A stretch of 64,000 bases of DNA from an uncultured delta proteobacterium (lineage in GTDB: Bacteria > Desulfobacterota > Desulfuromonadia > Geobacterales > DSM-12255), in contig CAWBBV010000007.1 in assembly GCA_963787125.1 (NCBI GenBank), positions 224,001 to 288,000 of the forward strand. Direction: 5' to 3'. Under the pieces are notes generated by a model, which was given only the letters and a program-made list of their open reading frames with translations, had not been told where the DNA came from and did no database searches. Both the position numbers and the translations under genes were made by a program. The stretch's first letter is position 1. Each line of letters begins with the position of its first letter. This document shows positions 9,011 through 19,597 of this stretch, one piece after another.

Positions 9011-9770
9011 GCCACGGATGTCACGGATGAACACGGATAAAACCTTTTGAAATCTTTTTTTGGTTAAACACTTTAGATTTTGTTTTTCATCGGTGTAAAT
9101 CCGTGTAATCCGTGGCTAAAGGCCTTTGCCTTAAAACCCTTGGCCACGGATGTCACGGATGTTCACGGATAAAATCCCTATAATCTTCTTGGGGTAAACC
9201 TTCTTTGGTTAGCCTTTCATCAGTGTTAATCCGTGTAATCCGTGGCAAAGGCTTTTTTTCTGAAAACTCTTGGCCACGGATGTCACGGATGAACACGGAT
9301 AGAACCTTTTGAAATCTTTTTTTGGTTAAACACTTTAGATTTTGTTTTTCATCGGTGTAAATCCGTGTAATCCGTGGCTAAAGGCCTTTGACTTAAAACC
9401 CTTGGCCACGGATGTCACGGATGTTCACGGATAAAATCCCTATAATCTTCTTGGGGTAAACCTTCTTTGGTTAGCCTTTCATCAGTGTAAATCCGTGTAA
9501 TCCGTGGCAAATGCTTTTTTTCTGAAAACTCTTGGCCACGGATGTCACGGATGAACACGGATAGAACCTTTTGACATCTTTTTTTGGTTAAACACTTTAG
9601 ATTTTGTTTTTCATCGGTGTAAATCCGTGTAATCCGTGGCTAAAGGCCTTTGACTTAAAACCCTTGGCCACGGATGTCACGGATGTTCACGGATAAAATC
9701 TTTACAATCTTCTTGGGGTAAACCTTTTTCGTTTAGCCTTTCATCCGTGTTAATCCGTGTAATCCGTGGC
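9011..9770. repeat. Palindromic repeat array block 3 (6 units, alternating A/B loops, 262 bp dimer period)
   Basis: Left arms at about 9011, 9143, 9273, 9405, 9535, 9667. Confidence 0.95.
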
Positions 9771-9795
9771 AGAAAGCTTTTCACGTTGCTGTTCC

Positions 9796-11100
9796 TCAAT
9801 CCTTCTTCTGCTTCTCCATTGCATCATCCATAACCTTATAGGCACAGAACTCGCCACACATGGTGCAGGCGCCATGGTCGGCAACCCCAGATTCTGCACG
9901 GAGCTGACGGGCTTTATCCGGGTCGAGCGCCAGGGCGAACTGCCCCTCCCAGTCCAGTTTTTTGCGGCATTTGGCCATGGCGATGTCCTTGTCGATGGCG
10001 CCTTTCACCCCTTTGACGATATCGCCGGCGTGGGCGGCAATGCGGGTGGCGATGACGCCGTCGCGGACATCCTGGACTGACGGGAGTTTCAGGTGTTCGG
10101 CCGGAGTGACATAACAGAGGAAGTCAGCGCCTTCTGCGGCGGCGACTGTGCCGCCGATGGCGCAGGTGATATGGTCGTAGCCGGGGGCAATATCGGTTAC
10201 CAGCGGCCCGAGAACATAAAATGGTGCACCGTGGCAGAGGCGTTTCTGAAGGAGAATGTTGGCTTTTATCTGGTTGAGCGGCATATGACCCGGCCCTTCG
10301 ATCATGACCTGGACACCGGCATCCCAGGCCCGTTGGGTGAGTTCTCCCAGAAGGATAAGCTCCTGGATCTGGGCCCGGTCGGTAGCGTCGGCAAGGCAGC
10401 CGGGACGGAAACCGTCGCCGAGGGAGAGGGTCAGGTCGTACTCCCTGGATATCTGCAGCAGTTTGTCGAAATGCTCGAAGAGCGGGTTTTCAGCGTTATT
10501 GTAGGCCATCCATTCGATGGTGAAGGCGCCGCCACGGGAGACAACATCCATGATCCGCCCTTCGTTCTTCATCCGCTCGACGGTGCTTCTGGTAACTCCG
10601 CAATGCACGGTGATGAAGTCGACACCGTCTTCGGCGTGTTTGATGATGCCGGCGAACATCTCTTCAACCGTCATATCTACAATCGCTTTCTTGCGCACTC
10701 TTACCGCATCGAGGGCCGCCTGGTACAGTGGTACCGAGCCGATGCAGGCGCTTGTTTCGGCAATGATGGCACGGCGGATTTCGTCGACAGGGCCGCCGGT
10801 AGAAAGATCCATGATGGCGTCAGCGCCGTATTTAACAGCAGTCCGCGCTTTTTCAAGCTCTTTGGAGATGTCGAGATCGTCCGAAGATGAGCCGATGTTG
10901 GCATTCACCTTGGTGCGCAGCCCCTTGCCGACCGGGAGCGGCATGCCGTTCAGATGTTTGATGTTGTGGCAGATAATGATATTGCCGGCGGCAATTCCGT
11001 CACGGATAAATTCAGGTGACACCCCTTCAGAGGCGGCGGCAGCGGTCATTTTCTCGGTTATTATTCCTTTGCGGGCGTAGTCAAGCTGGGTTGTTGCCAT
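9796..11100 (-). CDS. thiC: Phosphomethylpyrimidine synthase
   Basis: [32 protein letters not shown] motifs. Confidence 0.97.
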   Translation of the reverse strand: MATTQLDYARKGIITEKMTAAAASEGVSPEFIRDGIAAGNIIICHNIKHLNGMPLPVGKGLRTKVNANIGSSSDDLDISKELEKARTAVKYGADAIMDLSTGGPVDEIRRAIIAETSACIGSVPLYQAALDAVRVRKKAIVDMTVEEMFAGIIKHAEDGVDFITVHCGVTRSTVERMKNEGRIMDVVSRGGAFTIEWMAYNNAENPLFEHFDKLLQISREYDLTLSLGDGFRPGCLADATDRAQIQELILLGELTQRAWDAGVQVMIEGPGHMPLNQIKANILLQKRLCHGAPFYVLGPLVTDIAPGYDHITCAIGGTVAAAEGADFLCYVTPAEHLKLPSVQDVRDGVIATRIAAHAGDIVKGVKGAIDKDIAMAKCRKKLDWEGQFALALDPDKARQLRAESGVADHGACTMCGEFCAYKVMDDAMEKQKKD

Positions 11101-11111
11101 TTAATTGCTCC

Positions 11112-12545
11112 TTAAAGTTTCATTTCGTCTGCAGCTGCATAGTGATTCACCGGTCCATGGCCGTTGCCTAGCGGCTCTGCCAGCCGGATTGCTGCGGTTA
11201 TGAACTGTTTGGCTTTCCGGATTGCTTCAGGCAGAGGATATCCCTGAGCTAAAAAAGAGGCGATTGCTGCCGAAAGGGTACAGCCGGTGCCGTGGGTGTT
11301 GGTGGAGATGATTCTTGGTGAGGCAAAGCGGCTGAAAGTGTTGCCGTCAAATAACAGGTCGACAGACTCTTCGCCGGCAGCATGCCCCCCCTTTATCAGG
11401 ATATTGCGTGCTCCCGCCTTATGCAGCGCTCTGGCCGCTGCCTGCATATCCGCAGTAGTGTTGATGCTGATGCCGGTCAGCGCTTCTGCTTCCGGGATGT
11501 TCGGGGTCAGAAGGTACGTCAACGGCAGCAGCCGCTCTTTCAGGGAGGTGACAGCTTCCCTGCCGATCAGGTCTGCGCCCCCCTTGGCAATCATGACCGG
11601 ATCAACGACCAGCAGCTTCTTGTTATAAAAGGAGAGCCTGTCAACAATGACATTGATAATAGCGGCAGAAAAAAGCATGCCGGTCTTTACCACGTCAATC
11701 GGGATGTCTGAGAGGACCGCCTCCAGCTGCGCGGCGACAAACTCCGGCGGAGTCGGCTGAATACCGCTGACGCCGAGACTGTTCTGTGCAGTCAGCGCTG
11801 TGATGACCGATGCGCCGTAGCTCCCCAAAAGGGTTATGGTCTTTAAGTCTGCCTGGATCCCGGCGCCGCCGCCGGAATCACTCCCTGCTATTGTGAGGAC
11901 CGAACCCTTAGGATAGCGCCGGTTGCGGTTGAAGAGCAGCTGCAGTTCTGCCGCGGCAATTGCCGGTTCAAGGTGGGACATGACCGCCGAGATCACCGCG
12001 ATTGCGTCCGCGCCGGCAGCAATGACTGCTGCGGCGTTATCCCGCTCTAGCCCGCCGATGGCGACAATCGGCAGCGTCACTACGGCTCTGGTCCCGGCAA
12101 GCAGCTCAACCCCGGCGAGATGTTTTATCGCTTTACTCGCTGTCGGGAAGATGGCGCCAAAGCCGATATAGTCAGCTCCTGCTGCCTCGGCTTGTGCAGC
12201 CTCTTCCGGGGTGTGAGTCGAAATGCCGATAAGCTTGTCATTGCCGAGAAGCTGCCGCGCCGCCGCAGGGTCGCCGTCCTCCTGGCCGAGATGGACACCG
12301 TCGGCGTTCAGCTCAAGTGCCAGCAGCGGCTCGTCATTGACGATGAAAAGAACTCCGGCTGTGCGGCATAATGTTGCCAGCTCTCGCCCCAGCCGCAGCT
12401 TAGCGGCGCTGTCCAGTTCCTTGGCGCGGAACTGGAGCGCACACGCAGATGGCAACGCCTCGCTGACACGCGCCAGCAAGTTTTCCTTGTCATCGGTGAT
12501 AAGGTAAAGCCCTTTAAGCTGCGCTGTTTTGCTGACTTGCCTCAA
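11112..12545 (-). CDS. thiDE: Bifunctional thiamine-phosphate synthase / HMP(-P) kinase (ThiE-ThiD fusion)
   Basis: ADGVHLGQED (ThiE) then VLTIAGSDSGGGAGIQADLKT and THGTGC (ThiD). Start placed at TTG 12545 after a GGGAG RBS, because the track start lies upstream of the terminator. Confidence 0.92.
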   Translation of the reverse strand: MRQVSKTAQLKGLYLITDDKENLLARVSEALPSACALQFRAKELDSAAKLRLGRELATLCRTAGVLFIVNDEPLLALELNADGVHLGQEDGDPAAARQLLGNDKLIGISTHTPEEAAQAEAAGADYIGFGAIFPTASKAIKHLAGVELLAGTRAVVTLPIVAIGGLERDNAAAVIAAGADAIAVISAVMSHLEPAIAAAELQLLFNRNRRYPKGSVLTIAGSDSGGGAGIQADLKTITLLGSYGASVITALTAQNSLGVSGIQPTPPEFVAAQLEAVLSDIPIDVVKTGMLFSAAIINVIVDRLSFYNKKLLVVDPVMIAKGGADLIGREAVTSLKERLLPLTYLLTPNIPEAEALTGISINTTADMQAAARALHKAGARNILIKGGHAAGEESVDLLFDGNTFSRFASPRIISTNTHGTGCTLSAAIASFLAQGYPLPEAIRKAKQFITAAIRLAEPLGNGHGPVNHYAAADEMKL

Positions 12546-12559
12546 GTTAAAACTCCCGA

Positions 12560-12592
12560 TAAAAAAAGCCGTGACTTCAAGGGTCACGGCTT
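12560..12592 (-). terminator. Intrinsic terminator, riboswitch expression platform
   Basis: Minus strand AAGCCGTGAC-CCTTGAA-GTCACGGCTT followed by a T run. Confidence 0.85.
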
Positions 12593-12621
12593 CCAGAGAG
12601 ATGAGTATCAATAGGTCATTT

Positions 12622-12846
12622 CTGGCCGCTTCCCTACGCCGGCGTTACCCGGATCAGGTGATAGGGGTTCAAGGGGTTAGTTCCAATTCCAAATCAAAGC
12701 GGCATCTTCGTTGGCTCGTCTTCGGCTCCTCAACGTACGATTAGTACGCCTCGTCGCCTCAATCCTCGCCGCCTTGATGTCATCTTTGATTTACAACCGG
12801 AATAAGACATCCCTCATCTCAGCCCTGACAGGCTCCCCCAGCTGGC
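12622..12846 (-). ncRNA. TPP riboswitch with a large internal hairpin insertion
   Basis: Minus strand GGGGGAGCC..GGCTGAGA ... ACCCCTATCACCTGATCCGGGTAACGCCGGCGTAGGGAAG, upstream of thiDE-thiC. Confidence 0.88.
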
Positions 12847-13007
12847 ATATTGTGCGACAAAGTAGAGTAAAACGGCCAGAAAGTCAATTGCTTTGAGATT
12901 TAAGGGCGATATTGATTCATGCTTTACAGGCTCAGTTGTGAATGGTAAAAACTTGAGCGTATTTAACTCCATAGCTGTTGAACGTATTTAAGACTAAAGG
13001 GACTTCA

Positions 13008-14141
13008 ATGTCAGACAGCAGGCCGACAGTCGCTGAGATAGATCTTGCCGCGCTGCGCTATAATTACGGCAGCATAAGGGAATCGTTAAAGCCTGACTGT
13101 GGTCTTTTGGCGATTGTCAAAGCCGATGCTTATGGTCACGGCTTTATGGATGTGGCGCTTGAGCTGGAAAAACTGGGGGTGACCGCCTTTGGGGTGGCTT
13201 TTCTTGCCGAAGGGATCCAGCTGCGTAAGAGCGGTATCGACCGGCCGATTCTGATCCTTGGCGGGATCTATCCGGGGCAGGAGAAGAAGTCAGTCGGCTT
13301 CAACCTATCCATTGCGGTATTCGATCTGCAACAGGCCCTGGCGCTTGATGCGGCGGCCGGGAGGCTTTATCGCAAGGCGAAGCTTCACGTCAAGATCGAT
13401 ACCGGCATGGGGCGGCTCGGAGTCCCGTGCCAGCAGGCAGAGACGTTCTTTGCCGCCCTGAAAGAGCTGAAAAATATCGAGGTCGAAGGGGTAATGTCCC
13501 ACTTCGCTGCGGCTGATGAACTTGACGAATCAGGGCGGGAGTATACGAACCGGCAGGCCGAGCACTTTGCCATGGCGGTTGCCAGCGCCCGCGAGAATGG
13601 CTTTACGCCCCGTTATGTCCACATTGCCAACAGTGCCGCGACTTTTGCGCTTGATCCGGGAGGGTGCAACCTTGTTCGCCCCGGCATAACTCTCTATGGC
13701 GCGCTCCCTTCGGCTGATTTTGCCGGCAAGCTGGATTTAAAGCCGGTTATGGCGCTAAAAAGCAGAATCGCCATGCTCAAGTGGGTTGAGCCCGGCACCA
13801 GTATCAGTTACGCCCGCCGCTACACCACGGGAGCAAAAACTCTGGTCGCCAGTGTGCCGGTCGGTTATGCCGACGGTTACCGGCGCTCACTCACCAACAG
13901 GGGCGAAGTGCTTGTCCGGGGGGTGAGAGCTCCGGTCATTGGCACGGTCTGCATGGACTGGATCATGCTGGATGTAAGCCTGGTGCCTGATGTGGCGACC
14001 GGTGACGAAGTAGTCCTTATGGGGAGCGATGGTGAAGGGCGCTCCATCTGTGCAGAGGAGCTGGCCGAGTGGTCCGGGACGATCCCCTACGAGTTTTTCT
14101 GCGGGATCAGTAAACGGGTGCCGAGAATATATAAGTCATGA
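13008..14141 (+). CDS. alr: Alanine racemase
   Basis: [14 protein letters not shown]-lysine motif, [17 protein letters not shown]. Confidence 0.96.
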   Translation: MSDSRPTVAEIDLAALRYNYGSIRESLKPDCGLLAIVKADAYGHGFMDVALELEKLGVTAFGVAFLAEGIQLRKSGIDRPILILGGIYPGQEKKSVGFNLSIAVFDLQQALALDAAAGRLYRKAKLHVKIDTGMGRLGVPCQQAETFFAALKELKNIEVEGVMSHFAAADELDESGREYTNRQAEHFAMAVASARENGFTPRYVHIANSAATFALDPGGCNLVRPGITLYGALPSADFAGKLDLKPVMALKSRIAMLKWVEPGTSISYARRYTTGAKTLVASVPVGYADGYRRSLTNRGEVLVRGVRAPVIGTVCMDWIMLDVSLVPDVATGDEVVLMGSDGEGRSICAEELAEWSGTIPYEFFCGISKRVPRIYKS

Positions 14142-14208
14142 CAGTACAGTTGGTTACTACTGCTTTGAGATTTTACATTTTGTGAGCAAACTTGAAAATC
14201 CAAAACCG

Positions 14209-14313
14209 CTTAACGCGGATAACTCCGGATAGAATCTGATAAAAATCTGATCATACCCAAAAAAGGCTTAAATCCGCCTTTATCCGAAGTTATCAGATTC
14301 GATCCGTGTGAAA
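14209..14313. repeat. Solitary imperfect palindromic element related to the CGGAT/ATCCG family
   Basis: CGCGGATAACTCCGGATAGAATCTGAT ... ATCCGAAGTTATCAGATTCGATCCGTG. Confidence 0.55.
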
Positions 14314-14387
14314 TAGTTTTTGATTCTTCTTTGTTTGGTTCCGGCTTTGCCGGCTTTTAAGTAAGCTTAAAGGGGAGGTGATCAACG

Positions 14388-15425
14388 GTGACGGCAAAAA
14401 TTAAACTTACTCACCTCGTCAAGGCGGCCGGTTGAGCCGCCAAACTTGGTCCAGCGGGTCTGGACAAAATAATTGAAAATATTGGCATTTCATCTGACCC
14501 GGCGCTGTTGGTTGGGCCTGCCAGCTCGGATGATGCGGGGGTCTACCGGCTTTCAGCTGAACTGGCGCTGGTAGAAACCACGGATGTCATAACCCCTTTG
14601 GTGGACGATCCGTTCACCTTTGGCCGGATAGCTGCGACCAACGCCATCTCGGACGTCTACGCCATGGGGGGGCGGCCGGTGACCGCCATGAATCTGGTTT
14701 TCTTCCCGGCGTGCAGTCTCGGGCAGGAGGTTCTGGCAGAGATATTGCGTGGCGGCCAGTACGCCATGCAGGAGGCCGGTGTCTGCCTTGTCGGCGGCCA
14801 TACTGTCGAAGACGATGAGTTGAAATACGGGTTGGCAGTGACCGGACTGATTCATCCGGAGCGGATTGTCCGCAACAATACCCCTAAAAGCGGCGACAGA
14901 CTGATTCTTACCAAACCGCTCGGCAGCGGCATCATTGCTACGGCCATCAAGGGGGAGTCAGCGGCGGCAACGCAGATAGCCGAAGCCATCAGCTGGATGA
15001 CGCTGCAAAATGGCCGGGCAGCGGCGCTGATGCTTCTGTGCGGGGCTTCGGCGGCAACTGACGTCACCGGCTTCGGTCTGATCGGCCATGCCTGTGAAAT
15101 GGCGAGCGGCGGCGCAGTGACCCTTGCCTTGCGGCTTGACAGCATCCCGCTGATGACAGGGGTTGCCGGACTGGTCGCCGAGGGGATGACCCCTGCCGGT
15201 GCTTACCGGAATCGTGATCATTTCGGCAAAGATGTCGGCGGGATAGTGTCTGTTGATGAACGGCTTCTGCCTCTTTTTGATCCGCAGACATCGGGCGGGC
15301 TACTGATTTCACTACCGCCGGAAGGGGCTGACAGATTTTTGGAGCTGGCAGAGCGGGAACAGCTTTATGCTGTCGAGATAGGTTCAGTCGTGCCAAGAGG
15401 AGATGGCTCAGTTGCGATCATCTGA
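14388..15425 (+). CDS. selD: Selenide, water dikinase, selenocysteine-containing
   Basis: GTG at 14388 after a GGAGG RBS; translation [11 protein letters not shown](TGA 14433)-AAK is in frame with the track ORF ([26 protein letters not shown]). Confidence 0.93.
14436..14468 (+). promoter_or_regulatory. Bacterial SECIS-like hairpin
   Basis: GTCCAG-CGGGT-CTGGAC stem-loop at 14449-14465, just 3' of the in-frame TGA. Confidence 0.7.
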
Positions 15426-16683
15426 AAGATATGCCATTGCCATCGATCTCGGCACGACAACGCTTGCTGCGGCGTTGGTAACGCTGCCGGACGGGAGGCT
15501 GCTCGCCAGAGGGGGGGCGCTCAATCCGCAAAGAGTCCATGGCCTTGATGTTATTGCCCGACTTGAATATGCCGGACGCTCCGCAGAGAACCTGCGCGCG
15601 ATGCAGACCCTTATCAATGCCGAGCTTTCACGGCTTGCCGAACAGCTGCTGACTGAGGCAGGGGTAGCCGCTGACTCGGTTGACAGCGTCTCCATAGCCG
15701 GTAACCCGACCATGAGTCATCTCCTTCTCGGTCTGCCGGTTGACACCTTGGCCCATCCACCCTACAGGCCCCGGATGACGGGGGCTCACAGGCTCCGGAC
15801 CAGGGAGCTGGGGTGGACGATTGATGCCGGGCTGTACGTTTTTCCTTCACCCGGCGGCTTTGTCGGCGGCGATACGCTTGCCTTCCTCTTCGGTTTAGGC
15901 TTTCCGGATGCCGCTGCCCAAATCCCGGATCCCGCTCTTTTTTTAGATTTAGGCACCAACGGCGAAATAGCGCTTGTTGCCGGCGGCCAGCTGTATGCGA
16001 CCTCCGCCGCCGCCGGGCCCGCCTTTGAGGGGGGCAATCTTTCCTGCGGCATGGCGGCTCTGCCCGGGGCGATCTTTTCGGTCAAGGCGCTTGATGGTCG
16101 CCTTGTTACTGAGACTGTTGCCGCTGCCCCGCCAAAAGGGCTCTGCGGTTCCGGCGTTCTTGATACGGTTGCGCTGCTTTTAAACGAGGGTCTGCTGGAT
16201 GCTTCCGGGCAGCTGCTTGATCCCGGCGGGATTTCATCGCCGCTCGGCGGCCGGCTGCAGCATATCGGCGAAGAACGCCACTTCATAATTTATCGTGATG
16301 CAAACGCTCTGGTCTCCCTTTCACAAGGGGATATCAGGCAGATTCAGCTTGCCAAAGGGGCGGTCAGAGGCGCCATGGAGGTTCTCTTTGCCCGGGCGAA
16401 TATAAACGGCGCAGGCCTTCGTCAGATCATTCTTACCGGCTCTTTTGGCGCAGCCATCAGGTTCGAAAGTCTTAAATCACTTGGTGTTCTGACCGAAACC
16501 ATGGTAAAAAACTCGAGTTTTGTCCGCGAAGGGGCGCTTGCCGGCGCGCTGCTTTCTTTGACTGCTGTAGACGCCGGACCGCAGATAGAGCGCCTCTCGG
16601 CGGCGCTGAAGATAATACCGCTTTCAGGGACACCGCTGTTTGAACAGCATTTTATGACACATATTAACTTTCCATCACAATAA
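15403..16683 (+). CDS. ASKHA-domain protein (RACo/DUF4445-like ATPase) without an N-terminal 2Fe-2S domain
   Basis: [40 protein letters not shown]. Confidence 0.85.
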   Translation: MAQLRSSERYAIAIDLGTTTLAAALVTLPDGRLLARGGALNPQRVHGLDVIARLEYAGRSAENLRAMQTLINAELSRLAEQLLTEAGVAADSVDSVSIAGNPTMSHLLLGLPVDTLAHPPYRPRMTGAHRLRTRELGWTIDAGLYVFPSPGGFVGGDTLAFLFGLGFPDAAAQIPDPALFLDLGTNGEIALVAGGQLYATSAAAGPAFEGGNLSCGMAALPGAIFSVKALDGRLVTETVAAAPPKGLCGSGVLDTVALLLNEGLLDASGQLLDPGGISSPLGGRLQHIGEERHFIIYRDANALVSLSQGDIRQIQLAKGAVRGAMEVLFARANINGAGLRQIILTGSFGAAIRFESLKSLGVLTETMVKNSSFVREGALAGALLSLTAVDAGPQIERLSAALKIIPLSGTPLFEQHFMTHINFPSQ

Positions 16684-16696
16684 AAGGAGTTGTTCC

Positions 16697-18262
16697 ATGG
16701 CTAAAATTACCAGGGCGCTGATCAGCGTCTCCGACAAAACCGGAGTAATCGAATTTTCAAAAGAGCTGGCCCGTTACGGTGTGGAGATCCTTTCCACCGG
16801 CGGCACCGCGAAACTTTTGCGTGACGCTGGCTTGACAGTGAAGGATGTTTCCGATTTTACCGGTTTTCCTGAGATGCTGGACGGCAGGGTAAAGACTCTC
16901 CATCCCAAGGTGCATGGCGGCCTGCTCGGCATGAGAGGGAATCCGGAACATGTGGAAACCATGAAAAAACATGGCATTGAGCCGATCGACATGGTTGTCG
17001 TCAACCTTTACCCGTTCGAGGCCACAGTTGCCAAGCCGGACTGCAGTCTTGAAGATGCCATAGAAAACATCGATATCGGCGGGCCGACCATGCTCCGTTC
17101 CGCAGCCAAGAACAATGCCGATGTGACGGTTCTGGTTGATTGCGCCGATTACCGGACGGTGCTGACGGAGATGGCAGAAAATAGCGGGGTTGTCAGCAAG
17201 AGTACCAATTTCCGCCTGGCAGTAAAGGTGTATCAGCATACTGCCGCCTATGACGGTGCCATCTCCAACTGGCTCGGCTGCAGGCTGGGCGAAGGGGTTG
17301 ATCTGTTTCCTGCGACCATTACCACCCAGTATCAAAAAATCCAGGAGATGCGCTATGGTGAGAATCCCCATCAGTCGGCCGCTTTTTATGTCGAAAAAAA
17401 TGTGCCCGAAGCATCAATCGCAACTGCCCGTCAACTCCAGGGGAAGGAACTCTCCTACAACAACATTGCTGATACTGATGCCGCCCTTGAATGCATCAAG
17501 CAGTTCATGGAAGGACCGGCCTGCGTTATCGTCAAACATGCCAACCCCTGCGGTGTGGCTATCGGCAGCACCGTGCTGGAAGCCTATGAAAAGGCGTACT
17601 CCACCGATACCGAGTCGGCTTTTGGCGGGATAATCGCGGTTAACTGCGAGCTGGACGCGGCAACGGCCCAGGCAATCGTTGACCGGCAGTTTGTTGAAGT
17701 TATCATTGCGCCGAAGGTTCACCAGGACGCTGTTGCCATCGTTGCTGCCAAGAAAAACGTCAGGCTGCTCGAATGCGGTATGTGGCCGGCAAAGAGTGCT
17801 GCCCGGCTGGATTACAAGCGGGTTAACGGCGGCATGCTGGTGCAGGATGCTGACCTGCTGCTCTCTAATGAAATAAAGGTTGTCACCAAAAGAGCGCCGA
17901 CAGATGCGGAGATGCAGGATCTGCTGTTCGCCTGGCGCGTTGCCAAGTTTGTCAAATCCAATGCGATCGTCTACGGGAAAGATCTGATGACCGTCGGTGT
18001 CGGCGCCGGCCAGATGAGCCGCGTCAACTCTGCCCGCATCGCCGCAATCAAGGCAGAGCATGCCGGGCTTGAAGTCAAGGGTGCCGTTATGGCTTCTGAT
18101 GCTTTCTTCCCTTTTCGGGACGGCATCGACAATGCTGCTGCTGTCGGCATTACGGCGGTAATTCAGCCTGGCGGCAGCATGCGTGATGCCGAGACCATTG
18201 CCGCTGCTGATGAACATGGCATGGCGATGGTGTTTACAACAATGCGCCATTTCAGGCATTAA
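16697..18262 (+). CDS. purH: AICAR transformylase / IMP cyclohydrolase
   Basis: [39 protein letters not shown]. Confidence 0.98.
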   Translation: MAKITRALISVSDKTGVIEFSKELARYGVEILSTGGTAKLLRDAGLTVKDVSDFTGFPEMLDGRVKTLHPKVHGGLLGMRGNPEHVETMKKHGIEPIDMVVVNLYPFEATVAKPDCSLEDAIENIDIGGPTMLRSAAKNNADVTVLVDCADYRTVLTEMAENSGVVSKSTNFRLAVKVYQHTAAYDGAISNWLGCRLGEGVDLFPATITTQYQKIQEMRYGENPHQSAAFYVEKNVPEASIATARQLQGKELSYNNIADTDAALECIKQFMEGPACVIVKHANPCGVAIGSTVLEAYEKAYSTDTESAFGGIIAVNCELDAATAQAIVDRQFVEVIIAPKVHQDAVAIVAAKKNVRLLECGMWPAKSAARLDYKRVNGGMLVQDADLLLSNEIKVVTKRAPTDAEMQDLLFAWRVAKFVKSNAIVYGKDLMTVGVGAGQMSRVNSARIAAIKAEHAGLEVKGAVMASDAFFPFRDGIDNAAAVGITAVIQPGGSMRDAETIAAADEHGMAMVFTTMRHFRH

Positions 18263-18299
18263 TTCATGTAAGAGCATTAGATAAGAAACGGGAGTTTTT

Positions 18300-19580
18300 A
18301 TGAAGATACTGGTAATAGGCAGTGGCGGGCGTGAGCATGCACTTGTCTGGAAAATAGCGCAGTCGCCGCTGGTAGAGAAGATATACTGTGCACCGGGAAA
18401 TCCAGGCATCGGTTGTATCGCCGAGAACGTCCCCCTTAAGGTTGATGATCTGCCGGGGCTGCTGGCCTTTGCCAGGAAAGAGGGGATAGGTCTTACCGTT
18501 GTCGGCCCGGAGCTGCCGCTGTCTCTCGGGATTGTCGACCTGTTTGAGGAGTATGGTTTTAAAATCTTTGGCGCCCGGCGCAACGCCGCTCTGATTGAGG
18601 CGAGCAAAGCTTTCTCCAAAGACATCATGAAGAAGTACAATGTTCCGACCGCTTTCTACGAAGTTTTTACGGAGATAGCGCCGGCAATAGCCTATATTGA
18701 GCAACATGGCGCGCCGATTGTTGTCAAGGCTGATGGTCTTGCTGCAGGTAAGGGGGTCGTTGTTGCCACTTCACAAGAGGAGGCGATTGCTGCCGTGAAA
18801 GAGATGCTTTCGGGCAACGCTTTTGGTGATGCCGGTTCGCGGGTCGTTATCGAGGAGTTCCTGCGGGGAGAGGAAGCATCTTTCCTTGCCTTTACCGATG
18901 GCAAAAACATCATTCCGCTGGCTAGCGCCCAGGACCACAAGGCGATTTATGACGGCGACAAAGGGCCGAACACCGGCGGTATGGGGGCCTATTCACCGGC
19001 GCCGGTTGTGACCCGGGCGGTTCATGAAAAGGCGATGAACGAGGTAATGCGTCGCACAGTTGACGGCATGGCTGCTGAAGGCCGTCCCTATCGTGGTGTG
19101 CTTTATGCCGGTCTGATGATCGATGGCGATTCCGTCAAAACGCTGGAGTTCAATGCCCGCTTCGGTGATCCGGAATGCCAGCCGCTCTTGATGCGGATGA
19201 AATCAGATATTGTGCCGATCCTTTTGGCAGTTGCGGACGGCGATATTTCCGGGATAACGATCGAGTGGCACGACATGGCAGCTGTCTGCGTTGTCATGGC
19301 TGCTGCCGGCTATCCAGGTGATTATCCGAAAGGTGACGTGATCTCAGGGCTTGGTGCAGCTGCAGAAATAGCTGATCTCTTCGTTTATCACGCCGGGACA
19401 GGGGAAAAGGACGGCAGCTTTGTCACAAACGGCGGCAGGGTTCTGGGTGTGACCGGCCGTGGCGTAACAGTTGCTGAAGCGATAAAAAAGGCTTATGAAG
19501 GGGTGGCGGCGATAAGCTGGAATGGCGCCCAGTATCGGACCGATATAGGCAACAAGGCGCTGGGAAAGACAAGCTGTTGA
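18300..19580 (+). CDS. purD: Phosphoribosylamine-glycine ligase
   Basis: GSGGREHAL, KADGLAAGKGV, GPNTGGMG, EFNARFGDPE. Confidence 0.98.
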   Translation: MKILVIGSGGREHALVWKIAQSPLVEKIYCAPGNPGIGCIAENVPLKVDDLPGLLAFARKEGIGLTVVGPELPLSLGIVDLFEEYGFKIFGARRNAALIEASKAFSKDIMKKYNVPTAFYEVFTEIAPAIAYIEQHGAPIVVKADGLAAGKGVVVATSQEEAIAAVKEMLSGNAFGDAGSRVVIEEFLRGEEASFLAFTDGKNIIPLASAQDHKAIYDGDKGPNTGGMGAYSPAPVVTRAVHEKAMNEVMRRTVDGMAAEGRPYRGVLYAGLMIDGDSVKTLEFNARFGDPECQPLLMRMKSDIVPILLAVADGDISGITIEWHDMAAVCVVMAAAGYPGDYPKGDVISGLGAAAEIADLFVYHAGTGEKDGSFVTNGGRVLGVTGRGVTVAEAIKKAYEGVAAISWNGAQYRTDIGNKALGKTSC

Positions 19581-19597
19581 ACGGGTGAGGCATATTA

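Noticed and set aside
6314..9770. CRISPR array interpretation of the repeat blocks
   Set aside because: The intervening sequences are themselves repeated, not unique spacers; the units are long inverted-arm hairpins; no cas genes are present.
6142..9770. Classical IS or transposon explanation for the cassette
   Set aside because: No DDE, HUH or serine/tyrosine recombinase ORF, and no terminal inverted repeats with a short target duplication were found.
12546..12611. N-terminal extension of ThiDE given by the ORF track
   Set aside because: It runs through the riboswitch terminator hairpin; a TTG with a GGGAG RBS at 12545 is the better start.
17414..18640. Long antisense ORFs (408 aa here; also 10093-10890, 45169-45963, 54796-55659)
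   Set aside because: They are shadow frames opposite well-supported GC-rich genes and have no recognisable motifs.
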